64,000 bases of DNA from Phoronis australis (Eukaryota; Animalia; Phoronida): assembly GCA_002633005.1 (NCBI GenBank), contig NMRA01000409.1, forward strand, positions 249,831 through 313,830, given 5' to 3'. The position numbers were made by a program, and so were the translations under genes. The notes beneath the pieces are model-generated. The model was not told the DNA's origin and did not search any database. It saw only the letters and a list, made by a program, of their open reading frames with translations. How positions within the stretch are numbered: the first letter of the stretch is position 1; each line of letters begins with the position of its first letter. Below, in pieces: positions 48,361-62,200 of this stretch.

Positions 48361-48764
48361 CTACGGGATGGCCACAGCCTCTACTGCTATGTAGAGAAGG
48401 TCACACCCTCTACTACTACTAGCAGATGCGCGCGGTTATTCGACGGGCAATACCACTATCCTGGCTAGTCACAGCTAAATAAACCCCTGAACATGGTTAT
48501 GATTTTCCATTTTTATGTTTCTGTGTCTGTATCTGTTGTAGTAACCAATAATGGCACCGTGACAACTGTATGAATCTATTAGATCTGTGCTTTCGAATCC
48601 ATCGCAAGCGGCATCGCCGGGCGGGCGCTCCACTGTCGTAACGTAATTAACTTCGTTCATTCAATTTCAGCTGTCACTTTCACCTTCAAAACTGACAGGA
48701 TCATTTAAATAATTTCTCAATAACATTAAACCGTGTTGTACTGCTAAACTGGACTAAATTTTAC

Positions 48765-48990
48765 CTGCTAAATCCGTAAATCTCTACATCATCTTCTGGT
48801 GGCTTATAACCAGAAAAAAATGCTGTTGCTATCTGAATTTGAAACGACGCTTTCAGTCCGCCATTGTGTATCCTTATTGTTGACCCAATTTAAAAATTCC
48901 AAGGGAGAAAACCGTATAACTTGCGTTTTCTACAATAGATGGCGCTAAAATACAAAAGACGCGTCAGCCGGAAGTTACCGCTACAGCATC
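48765..48990 (-). promoter_or_regulatory. Probable laminin non-coding first exon and core promoter, possibly shared with ANKH
   Basis: Minus-strand donor CAG|GTAA at 48765/48764; YY1-like CACAATGGCGG (minus, about 48858-48868); AGATGGCGCT about 48937; ETS-type CCGGAAGT about 48968; locally CpG-richer. Confidence 0.5.
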
Positions 48991-50141
48991 CCGCCAGGCC
49001 TACTCAGTCGCCGGGATAGACAGAGTCAGGCACAGGTACAGAGGCCTGCTTGGTCATTTAAGCATTAGGGCAAGTAGGAATCTCAAAATCCTACTATGCC
49101 TGTCCCTAGATACCGTTCTCTGGAGAGTCAGGATAGCACTCCCGCCTCCTGCCGGCCTGCCAGGGGTGCCGACACTTAAATTTTTTAAATTTTAAATAGC
49201 CTATTTTAATAGATCGTTTTCAGGAACTAACAATCTGAATTCGTGTACACAATGAAAGACCTCCTTCCAAAACACACACTAGAAGTCATTTGGGACATCT
49301 TTGTAAAATAATCGCCAAACAGTAAATAATCAGTCTTTGAATCTCTTGATAACTCAGTTGGACAATTGCCCAGTTGACAAAGTAGTCTACGAAACTAAGT
49401 TAATTCAATGGCTTTCGTAAAAGAAGTGACGTCAATCATTCTGTCTCCACCAACATTATACTCTTGCGACAAAATTTTCCGCTTTACCGTCAAAATAATC
49501 TAGGCCTACATGTAGCGTCCGTAGATATGAGCAGAAACAAAAAAAATAAAATAATGATGGTCATTAATTGCATAATGTAAGCGAAAAATTTCCATGCAAC
49601 AAACCTGTTTACCTCTAATAAAATCAAGCTTCTCTTGTGTTTCGTTTTATGGATGTAGCCGTTAGTAAACGACAGAAATGTAGTAGGTGCAAATGTAGTA
49701 TGCAGGCCTACGGGTCATTATGATTTGTAACGTTCTTAATTACGGCAATTCTCACCTTGTTTCGAACAAAACAATTACCAAGATTGGGAGTTTCTATTTT
49801 CTGGGTTAAGTTAACGTGTTGCAAATAACAGAAGATAATAAATCAAATGTTGTTTTATGACATCTACAAAGTACAAATCAACCGAATGTTAGAATTAACC
49901 TACATTTTCTTAATCTTTATTTCTGCTGAGAATTTAGACAAAAAGTTAATTTGTCAGTCATGTGGTGTGCTAACTGGTTGAAGAATTGCCGCACCGTAAA
50001 TACTACCAGCATCTGTACGGTCGCGAGTACTATTTAGTTTGCAGACAGATGATTTTTGAATTGCAGACGGACGCGGTCAATTGAATGACGACATTCCTCG
50101 TACATGTTTACGTCGCTCACGAAAACAAACCTTGGATAGAA

Positions 50142-50261
50142 ATGCAAGCGCAAAGCACAGACAGCACACGAAGCGTGTTTAACCCTTTGATCTACTGGCC
50201 TTTGCTCAAGTTTTACCTCCCTGTCGTTATCACGTATATAGTACCGTATCTAGCTCAACAG
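50142..50261 (+). CDS. ANKH: ANKH coding exon 1
   Basis: MQAQSTDSTRSVFNPLIYWPLLKFYLPVVITYIVPYLAQQ|GTATGT; an in-frame upstream ATG at 50085 is also possible. Confidence 0.85.
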
Positions 50262-53200
50262 GTATGTGAAACTTTTGTCCATTTTGTGCACATTTTGCCG
50301 TCAAGACGGGAACACGAGACAGACAACCTCAAACGCAAGCGGCTAAGTTTTCAATGGCTTGACATTTTCTGCGTTCCGCACGCGAAACCCTTGGTCCCTT
50401 GTCTAACAGGCGAACTTTTTAAAAGTTGATATATGCTTAGATACTGTCTATGACTCATTGAGTAGAATCTATAGAGCAAATTCACACAATACGCCATTCA
50501 CGTCCCTATATTTGTTGACACCCTCTTGATTTTTTTAGTGCGCGAGCAACTCTCCTGAATAAAATTTGTTACAACGTGGCAGTTTGAATTATGACGATTC
50601 CTTAAGCAAAATACATTGTACGTGTACCAGCTTCCAAGATTTATTTATTCAAATTGAGTTATGACAATATTTCATAGACGACTTTTTTAATTTGAATTAA
50701 AACATTTTTTTATGAATCATATATGTGCTTCTTTTTGCAATGAACATTTTTGAAACGAGGACGTGAATACTTTCCCCAATCTAAAACCCTTACTACGTAA
50801 ATTTTTAATACGTCCGTTTTGAAATAACGCAGCCCCACGGTTATTCTAAGGTATTTACCTACAATGCAACACGAGTGTCGGGCACTTCTCCTGCTTCTCC
50901 ACATAAAAATTATGAGTTACTACTTCATAACCTAATCATTACGAAATTTACCATTATAATGCAGTCAACTTGAACTTAATATATTATTGTATTTTGAGTT
51001 ATAAAGCTGACGCCAAGAAATTGACAAAAAGGGCAGTTATCAGGCTGGATGCGCTTCCCCTGTTATTCATTTCAGCTTAAAGGTAAATAATGCAACCTAT
51101 TTTGCTCATGGAATTCCAAGAAAGAGAAGAGTTTACACCAGAATGAGACTATTGGACTAAAACTTAGCATGGTCAGGATTATTTATAGGCTACGCGACAA
51201 CATTCACTACTGCATGCGGTGCATAGTACGTGTTTAATGGTCCTGTTCTGTGGTAAATATGCTGTTCCATGATTGGCCTAAGTGTTCTGTGGCTCGAGAT
51301 GAGAGTTCGATTGCCACTCACGCTTCGTGGTTTCAGATCTTTCAGGGGAATCGTAAATTCGTTTTACAGGCTGAGAATAGGAGTCTCACTTCCGGTGGCG
51401 GCAAACAAGTGGCAAGCACGCTGGCGGCGTTTGGAATAGCGCACTCCCTTGTTAAGTTTCTGTGCATGTCAGGTGAGTATTTGAGTATTTATTTCACAGT
51501 GGCGGATATAGGATATCACAAGGGGGGCCAACATTTTGTCTGGATGTAAGCATTTGCGCCGACTGAACCACGATTGTAGATGCGGCATCGATAGCACCGA
51601 ATGGGGGCAAACCCCCCTCCCGCCCAGGAAATTTTTCTGTTTTTACCTCTAAAAATCAAGCATTTTCCTTGATTCCTGAAGTATTATCCAAGAAAAAAGG
51701 CAAAAAAAGAGAACGTGTCAAACAGGAAAAACTGCAAGTAACTAAGACTCGAACTCACGACCTGGCGGATAGAGCACTGCTACAACACCACGATTTAAAA
51801 ACTAATTTTATGGTAAGAGATCTACTTGTTCATGGTCCACAGCGTTTGCGCGCGAAACCTACTTCTTTTTGTAATGCTTATTACACGTTTTATATTTTGT
51901 GCCATCAATTCTTAACAAATTTGTCGTATTTAAAATGCCCAAAAGACCAAATCCGTTTTTCGTGTTAGCAATAATGACGGGATTGCTTTGGAAATCGTCT
52001 TAAGATAAGGTTTGACAAAGAGAGTATTGCGACTTTCTGAGTGATTCACATCATACCAGCAGCTTCTGTTTTTTCATCGTCACTCAGGTTCCATTTTCTT
52101 TAAAAAATGAAGTAAATTTTCTTCATTGCACAGTGGAGCAGACGACGGAAACGGAGTCGTAGTGCGCAGCGCCACTGCCGGTCGCCTGGGATATCGCGGG
52201 AGAGCCTATACTTAGCCATAGTTCCGTTACGAATGCGCCGTGTTCCGANNNNNNNNNNNNNNNNNNNNNNNNNNNNNNNNNNNNNNNNNNNNNNNNNNNN
52301 NNNCCCCCCCTAAATCCGCCTATGTTTCAATACATAACTTTAAAAAGCGACTCCCCCCTCCCAATTGACAGGGCAAGAAAAATCCAACTAGTTATGGTTT
52401 TGTAGACTCGAGAATGTATAACTTGTTCTTGCATAGAAAGGCCGGGTTGGGAACGTGAAGCTTAGTAACGATCCTCAACGTCTGAACACGTACTGATCTA
52501 GTCCATCATTCATTTCAACTGATGTGTTTTAATTGCTGAGCTCTTCTGTCATCAAGAACTGCCTCTGAGTTAATTTATACTTGAGTTGTTTTCCGTAGAG
52601 CTAGTTTCTTGCGAGTGTCTTGCACTGTGGAACATACTCCAGGTATAGAAATTGTATTTTACACACAACAGCTTACAAAGAGAACATCTGGTGGAACGTC
52701 CAGGCTTTATGTCGTTGCCTGCTGTTATCTTTTTACTTATACACTTTTGATCTGTATCGGCGTTTATCTTGTTTTCAAACGTAATCATGCATGCAATGTT
52801 TCTCCAGCGAACTTTCGCCACGTCGGCCTGGTTCTCGTACAATCTCGACGAGACTTGAAGACGAGTTTGGCATTCTGCTCCATTATCACGTGCCTAACTA
52901 CAACGCTGCAGGTGGTTTTAGGTACGTTACAAACTCTTCGCAGTGGGCAGCCCAAACCCGATACAGAATGCCCAAGATGTTGTAATTAGTGTTTGATATG
53001 TAGAGACGTCTTATCGCACAAGAACAGGGTAGATCTCTTGAACCGGATTCATGTATGTCTCCAAGTTGATACGATAACATGACAAAGTGACATACGAAAT
53101 CCTGTACGAATGGTGATTTATCAATTAAACACTCACTTGAGTAGCATATGCATCGCAAAAAGCCCTCACGCGACAGAAACTCATTTCAATTTTGCCTTTG

Positions 53201-56200
53201 TTCCTCTCCTGTTTTCATTAAAAGGTGCCCAGGGTGCTCCTCATTCTAACGCCCTTGTCGCCAGTTCGCGTGCGCCGCTCCCGTTGTTGTATATTTTTGG
53301 CTACGCCAATGCAAATACCGTTTCTTGCAGAAACTCGAGGAGTATTCCCGGATAAATAAATAACTTGTGAACAGACAGCGTAGAAAGATACAAAAAGTAA
53401 TCTACAGGAGCAAGTGACTGTCTGGTTTATGGTCTTGCAGGACCATTTGAAAATGCCCAAATTTTGCTGACTTCGGAACACCATACATGTATCTCAGAAA
53501 TGACTGATTGGATACACACGAAACACTATTACTGTATACTATTGTTTATAAAATGGCTCACTTTTGTATGAGGGGCTGTACAAACGTATGCTTTTCCTAA
53601 AAAAATACTTAATAAGTTTTATAAGACGAAAACGAACGGATAATTTAGAAAATTGCAACAGCGCTTTTGAGTTTTATCTTGAAATTTGGTCGTGTTATTG
53701 AAAATGTACCTTTCTTTTTGCTAAATTGAATAAAAATACGACGTGTAAAAGCCAACAATCAAATTGTAAAGGCTATCTACTTTGAGAAAATGTATACTTT
53801 TATTGAGTTAAAATCCACAGTTATGCAAATATTTGGCTAAATATACATGACTATCTTACGACAAGGACCTACACAATCCTAATTATTTCGTCTGTTTTCA
53901 AGTAACGTCATTGATATTTTATGGTGACGTCATTTATGTTTTATGGTTTCTGTAACATGCAAAATATCCAAGAAAGCAAAGAAGAAATAAAAATAGACAC
54001 AGGTAGAAAGCTAGCAAAAATTTATGTTGGAAAGAAAATATGGATTCTTGTCAAAACATATATTACCATTATCCCAATAATTAACAGCACCATCACCGTA
54101 TGTTTCACCGTCCTCACCGCCACCGGAACCACCACCATCATCATCTCTATAGCAACCACAGCCATCACTGTTACCACCACCACCACCATCACCACCAGCA
54201 CAACAACCACCACCTCCACTTTCACAACCACCACCATCGCCGCCTCCTCCACCATCACCACCACCATCACCACCACCAGGAGAGGAGACAGTGTGGCTCA
54301 GTGGTTTGAGCTCTGGGCGGCCTGTTCCAAGAAACTGACTTAGTTCATTTTTACTTAAGTTTAAGATTTGTCTTAACTTCCAAACTTTGAAACTTCCACT
54401 TTCGTTAGTCAAAATTAAGACAATACTTATGTCAAACACTTAAGTCGAACTTAAGATCTCTTTCTTGAATTGGTTTTGAGGCAAATTTAACTTTCATTTT
54501 AACGTTTCCTAAAATTTAAGATTTGTCTTAGCTAAGCCAGTTTTGTTGGAACGGGCTCCTGGTCTCCTGTTTGAGAGTCCTAGGTTCGAATCCTGGCTTC
54601 ACTGGTTGACAATCGAGCATTGAACTAATGTTGCTCCTCGGTCTTACTAGTGAATGTATGCTAGGGAATGAACGAGAACCCATGGGTATAATGCGAAAGC
54701 AATCTGGGGCTGTGCTCGTATATAACTCCACCACTTTCACCACCACTACCACGATCAATACTACTACATGTACTACCACCATCGCCACGACATCCAACAT
54801 CACCATCATCTTCAGTACCCCCACCACCACCTTCGACACCACTACCACCACCACCACCATCGTCGAAACCACACCACCACCACGCACACACGTGATCTTT
54901 TTAATGATTTCGTTTCTTGGCTTCACCATTGTAGGAGCAAGTGAGCTCGGAAGTTACTACGTGAAAGAACTCCACACAGTGTCCAGTCGCACCAACACAA
55001 TTGCAAAGGAAGGACTTCTGTTCTTAGCAGGTTACGGTTCTCTAGACGCTGTGGTAGGTGACACACTGCCGAGATATTCAAAGGCCTAATATGAGCATTT
55101 AGGCCTCAGCACCTACATCTGAAGTAAGGCGTACGCGCCTATATGAAAAGCATTTCAGCCATGACCAAGACGCAAATTTTTAAAATAACATGCGCGTGAA
55201 ACTTTACGTTTCCGTGACAAAACGGAAAGTATTCAATAGGAGTGACACCGATTACACAAAGATATTTGAACCTCGGGGTATTTACCCACAATGCAGTTCG
55301 CTGGTTGTGTTGGTTGTGTTTTCTCTCCATTGGAGGTTCTGATTTTATTTTATTTTAATTGGTGTTTTGCTTTTTTCAAATTTTTCGTGCCTGATGCCGG
55401 CAAAGTTTTACTGGTATGCAGTCGGCTGCTACTCCAACGGCACGAAGTTGGACAAACTTGTGAAGTATCCATAGATGTGATGTTTTCCGACGTGATTTCC
55501 AGAATCATTCCGAAATTTCTAAGACGAGTTCAATGTTAAAACGAGTTTCCTTACCTCCAAGACAAATGAGATTTCTGTGCGGGACCGTCCAATTGAAGTT
55601 TAGTCGAATACGACGGCTAAATTCAAATTAAACTAACTTTTTATGTTATGCATAAAAACGAATCTTAATTTTTGATCCGGGTAAATACCCAATACAATAT
55701 TTTCATACATTCTCTTAATCGAGGTTCCCGAAAAAATGTGATCCACAGTTATTCTTCGAGTGGTCTAAACGAAAACTTTGCGTTTTTGACGAAAAAATCA
55801 TTTCAATTATTTAGTGAGAAGTACTAACGTACTTAGGACAAAAACACATAATTCATGACGAATAAGATTTTTAAGAGAAAATTGTTTGCACCAATACATG
55901 TCAGCGAATCTTGTGCGCATGCGCCCATATCCCAAAGAATTGAGCAAAATATTTTTGAAAAACTCGCATACATTTATGCACGTTGTAGATCTCAGAGTTG
56001 TATGCAGCACGGTAGGTTACTGGAGTCTTTGGCGAGATTAAGCTTAAGTAACCAGAAGTCTCGCTAAATTTTTCTCAAATACAAGTAAATGCTACTGTAC
56101 ATTTGAACTTTTGACTACATGTGAAGTCGGAATATTTAGCTACACATGTAATAATTACAACGGTTTACATTCTGACGAATCAACCGTAAATATTAAAAAT

Positions 56201-59200
56201 AAGACCTTTATGGTATTTTCGGATGGTATTGTTTTTTAAAGTGATATATATTTATTGAAGAATCCACTGTACATACAAAGAAATAATGACAAACCCAGAA
56301 ATCGCGAAGCATTATATCAGGGTTATAGACAATTTATAAATGAACATATGAAAACATTCATGTAAGGAAATCTAAAGCAACAATATTTATAGACGGTACA
56401 TAAAAATTTGCTAACGTTGCTTAGGAGGAATTCATTGAGAGCAAGGTCAAGGTTAAGACTACCATTCAATAATAATGCAACTTTAGTAGGGATAATATTA
56501 CAAAAAATGAGTGCTTTAACAATTGATTGGTTTTCATTGAGTGCACAAAAGAGTGAGTCTCTCAGGTATTTGAAGAAAACATGAGGATAAGATTGATGGT
56601 CACCACATTTACAGTTTGGAGAGAGATTACTAAAGTTATGCCTAAACTTGTCGGAGTTGAGGAAAAGACAGCATCTTGATCTGTACAATGCTATTTCGTT
56701 TCAGGGGGAAGCGAGAATTGTGTCAGGGCTATATAGTTGTCAAAATTATGACGAGTGGTTTTAAAATTGTTTTTACACTAATAAACGAGTTACTTTCCAT
56801 AACTGAGACTAGAAGAGAATTCCAGTTGTTGATGCATATCATAACTGTAGACCTTCTGAATGCCTGACTGAATGACGGAGGAATTGCACATGGGGTGGAG
56901 GATCTCAAATCACTACGATGGCCTTGTCTAGTGTATAGATCAAATATTTTTTGACAGAGGCGTTGTTGACATTGTTTATTACCTTGAAAGTAAATGTGGT
57001 CATGTGAAGATTGCGTCGAGTAGACAGTTTGGGCCACTTGAGACTATTCAAAACCTTAAAACTATTCGATCCACTGTAAGCTCCGGTTATGAGTAAGGCA
57101 GCTTGAAACAGTAATTTCTCCAACCGTTGGAGTGCACCAGTGTTGGCAGACTGATATATAATATCACAGTAATCGATGTGTGGAAGTATAAAGGAATTGA
57201 ACAAAACTTCTAAATGTGTAGAATTCAGATGACCAGAGACAAGCTTAAGTGGATTAATTAGTTTCTGAGTTTTTTGTACGAGCACCCGAACGTGAGAAGT
57301 GAATGAGAGTTTTTCATCGAACAGTATACCAAGATGTTTGTGAGACTGTTTTCTAGGAATGATTTCATCATTAAGTTTAAGGTCATAAGACGGGTCAACA
57401 AGGAAGAGAGCATTAGTTGATTTGGAGAAGGTGAGGTCAACGCTTTTTTCTGGTTTAAAATTCATTCTCCATTCTTGTGACCAATAGCTGAGTTTATTAA
57501 AGTCGGTGTTGAAGCTGCAAAGAACTTTCAGGGCTTCGCCCTGCGAAGGGATAAAACAGCGCCGTGTCATCTGCATCAAGGTATGTGCTACATGACAGGT
57601 TATCAGGAAGGTCATTAATATATACCAAGAAGAGAAGTGGGCCCAAGATGTAACCCTGCGGTACACCTGCGTTTACAAATCTAGGAGGGGATAAAGTTGA
57701 AAGTACGCCGTCGATACGAACACTGTATGTACAGTACGATCGGAGAGATATGAGGTGGTTTAGAAGATTCAAAGTAATGCCATAGGATCGAATTTTGTGA
57801 AATAGATGGTCGTGAAGGACATAGTCGAAAGCAGAAGCTATATCTAGAAAAATGGACCTGACACTCTCGCCCTTTTCAAAATGTAAATGAATATCATGTA
57901 CTATTTCACCAAGTTGTGCCACGGTGCTGTTCCCACGCAAAAAAAAACAAATTGACGATGACATATCAAGTTGTTTGTTTGAGAAATTTAAGACTACTTT
58001 AAGCAATGATCTCGAAGATTTTGGATAGGGTGTTAAGTTACTGGGCGATAATTTGAAATTCCAGTTTTGGAGTCTTTTTTGTGAATAGGGACCATAATTC
58101 CATGTTTCCAAGAAGACGGATACATACCTAGCTGAAGAAGATTGTTAAATAGGTTGGATAAGGGCAAGGTAATTTCGTTGGCAATCATTTTGATCATCTT
58201 GCTGGTGATTAAAGCTGTGCCACCATTATTTGGGTCAATTTCATTGAGATACTTCTTGGCATCAGTTTGAATAGCCCGAATATCAGACACTTGATTGAGA
58301 CAACGTTCACGAAGAAAGGGAAAGTTACCTACATGTACATGTACTTCAGTTGGTGTAATGTGGCTTTTGTTCGTGAAAAATTTGAGAGACAGGTCACACT
58401 TGTTACTGCTACTTGAGGCTACGTTACCATTGTGGTTGATAACAGGATAAGAGGATTGTTGTTGACTGCCGCGTATTTTATTGATGATGTTTTAGTATTC
58501 TTTGGAGTTCTTGCTTGCATTGTTAATCTGTTGAAAAAGCTTGTGGCAGTGATCAGCTTTGGCTTGATTTACTAAAGCCTCTACCAGGCGTGAGTGCTCC
58601 TTGTATCTGTTGTAGATTACAGTGTTGTTAGATCTTCTGAAAGAGCTGTAAAGTCTGTTTCTTGTGCGGATTGCCCGTTTAACATTACTGTTGAACCACG
58701 GTGTCAGACGATTGTCTGTGTGGGTTTGTTTAAAAGGTAGCTATGCTTTGAAGTTGTGCGTAGATGGAGAGTGAATAATCAAATCCAGTAATTAATTTAT
58801 TATATGATAACCCCTAATTAGACAAATGAACCTATTGTTAATTAAGTAATCAACTACAAAGAGAAACTACGCTAGCGCCCTCTTTAAAGATTACTTTAAT
58901 CAAACAACCAAACGATCAAATGTCTTATCTGCTATCCAAGCTAGGACTCTCCACTTGTTGGATGTCTGTCCTGTTGGTGAATCTTCTAACTACACACACT
59001 GTATAACGACAGTGTACTTGTTGGTCACCGTCTCTGGTGATGCAATACTTGCAGGCAATTTCTTCTACCCGCGACTCTTCTTGCTGGTCACAGTCTCTGG
59101 CTGATGACGCAACACTTCAGTAGTATCTTACTACCCACAATGCAAGTGACAAGCTCTTAGTTAACTTCCGGTTCGTTAACCCTTGCCCTTGCCAAGATCC

Positions 59201-62200
59201 TTTCTAGAATCTTCCACGAGATGGCTCTGTCGTACAACTGCTTCTGTACACTGTAGCAAGTCTTTGTGCTTCAACTACTTTAGCGCATCTGATTATCTTC
59301 TTGATTCCAGCCCATAATATAACATTCTACTTATTTAGTGATTGGCTAATAAAAACCACATGATCATATCCACTCGTATTATTGGCTGTTACAATTTGTT
59401 CTCAGAATATTCTAGAATCTCTAGAGTACTTTGACCCCAGAACCCAAAGTTGTAAACACCATCTAAAAATAGATTTTGACGTTAAAATACATGTCAACAA
59501 GTCTGACCCCTTGATTTAAAAGTACATATGCACAAATTTTGGGCAACTTAAAATGGATCTATTCTTACTAATTACTTAATCAATATTTATTCTGACACAC
59601 GGTTGGCTGTTGTGTTTATATAATTATCTTTTCAGTTGATGGGATATTTTTTTTAACTTCATAGTGAAGAGTGAAACAGTGTCATCAATGTCGCCAGTGT
59701 TAAATACGGAATCCCAGTCAGTGTAGGTGATATCCTGACGTAATTTATCGGTGTGGACTTGATCATATTTCCAAATGGTTCGTGTGGTGTGTTGTTCTTT
59801 AACCGGTTTTTTAGGTGTTAGAGTGGTTTCGATTGTGTGGTGATCAGAATTGCTAACAGGAGGTAGTACAGAACATGAGTCAATGATACTCAAATTGTTT
59901 GTTATGTAGAGATCAATACATGAATGAGAAACGTCGGAGATACGGGTTGGCTCCTTAATTAGCTATATGCAATAATTAGACAGTAAGGTATCAAGCAAGT
60001 GTAGTCCGGCCGTACTGTCATGATTATCATTATACCATGTAGAGTTCCGGGTGTTAAACTCGCCATTTATGATTACACTAACGCTATGATTGCGGTTAAA
60101 TTCCGCTAACTGATCGGCTGGAGCTTTGAAGTAGTGTTTTCCTTCAGTTGGTGACTGAGAAGGTGATCGATAAAACAACCCACAGTAAATTTTTCTGCCA
60201 CCGAAATAAATTTCGATCCAGCAGTTGCATAACTGAGGACAAATTAAGCTAGGACATAATTTAAATGTGAGTGTGTTTTTAGTGAATAAGATGATGCCAC
60301 GGCCACCGTTACTATGATGCTACACTGTAACCAGGAATGATTAGATGTCGTCTTTGGTAACATTACAAGTTTCACAAAGAGCGACAATCATATAATCGTT
60401 AGACAGAACAAAGTTCTTTAGAAGCTTGAATCTGGAGAAATTGCGGATGGTATTGTCGTAGGTATATTTACTGCAAATACAAAAATATCTGGGAGTGTGA
60501 CGAATTTGCGTTCAACTTAATCGAAAATGTCAACCGAAGATGCCATTTTCCAAACTTTGAGGTTATGAGTACATTCGAATATACTCCAAAGATAGCACAG
60601 TCTTATTCTTATATAACTAACCTTATGACCGAATGTGTTGGGGCTTACGGCAATGCGTCATAATTATGTTGAGGCTTACGGCAATGCGTCATGCGTTTTG
60701 TCTGACCCGTCGCTAAAACTCCAACAAAGCATCGTGCAGACGAAATTTCGTTCTATAAGCTGAAGGCCAAAGCATAGAGAAATTGTTACCATTAGTCTCT
60801 TTTCACTTCTTCCAAACAGGCCAAACTATTCGAAGGGATTCTACTTGGAGATAAGCATTCGCTTATTGTTGCAGTTGCTACGTTGGTGGACTTCGCGTTA
60901 CAGGTGAGACACCAGGGTGCGTTTTTCAGAGCTAACACAGACGGAGAGGTGCGAGCTGAGCTAGCTGCCTCCAGTGAACGACAGCCGAGCTGTCAGCTTA
61001 TACAGTGTATCAAGTCGTCATATTCGAATGACGGCAACTGAATTGACTTGCCGTTAATTAATTCAGTAGTTCTCGCCTTGAAGCTAGATGACTGTTGCTT
61101 GTAAAGTCCGCCATTTTGTCTCCATTGTAGACCGGAAGTATAATACTATTGCTGCTCACTAGGCTCACTCAGACGTCGCCCATACTCATTCCAGTGATCT
61201 CGCTTTACTTGGGAACTTTCACCCGTCTTACTATCTGTCTCGCTGCGTTCTTTGTCAAGACACATGGAGGTCTGAAGCCAATGAGTGAGGTGAAGATATT
61301 TTACTCATAGGAATACTTTATTATTTGTTTATATACATTTTAAACATCATTCAATCCCTATGATTAACGGAGATTTATAATCTTAACTGTCGTGCATTGC
61401 ACCCCCTCTCCTCTATGGGCCTAACTAAAAACGCAGCCAGCATGCCGTGTTCAGAAAGGGACGGAGGGAGGGTGGGAGCGACGGACGGACGGACGGAGAG
61501 AGAGGGGGGAGAGGTAACATATACATGCATACTTTTGATGCCACATGGATCAACAACGTTGAAATGCTCAATTTTGTATGTTACGGTTATTCTTTTTGCA
61601 GGATAATCTAACTTTACTCGAAATATTTCGGTTCTGGGGGCCGCTTGCTTTGGTGGCGGCGTTTCACAAAATCAATCGACCACTCATCAACATTTTGGTT
61701 GCAAGAAATGAACCTAACCCAGACAGCGCATCTATGGTAAGCCAGGAGCGTCTCACAGCGTTCACATGCCGTCAAATCAGAAGACTTAGGACGTCTGATG
61801 CACAGCCTGAAAAAGTCGCATGTGAACGCTCGTCTGATCTGTCTTATACTGCCTGTTCCCAAATCAGATTGCAGGTCTTCCTTCTACCCGTGAGATTCTG
61901 TTTTCCCATGGGGGTTGCACGTGTTGGTTAGGATTATTCACGTTTCACATCCATGTATGTACGAGGGCAGATAGAACACCTCGATTTAAGGGGCTGATAT
62001 GCCCTCAAACTAGACATCCTATAAGCTGTCTTGTAAAAATTACCACATCGGAACGTGATACCAAACCATTGCTCGCTAGCCGGCTTCTGGATACAACATC
62101 AAGGCCCGGGGTCTAATCTTTTTACTCAAACATTTTTTGACAGTTTAATTCTATCACTTCACCTTATGGATGTTACCTGAGCTGTATGTTGGCACTCGCT

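Noticed and set aside
53921-55089. Poly-Thr, poly-His, poly-Gly and poly-Val ORFs resembling mucin or His-rich proteins
   Set aside because: They are translations of (ACC)n microsatellites inside ANKH intron 3; only 54935-55053 is a real exon.
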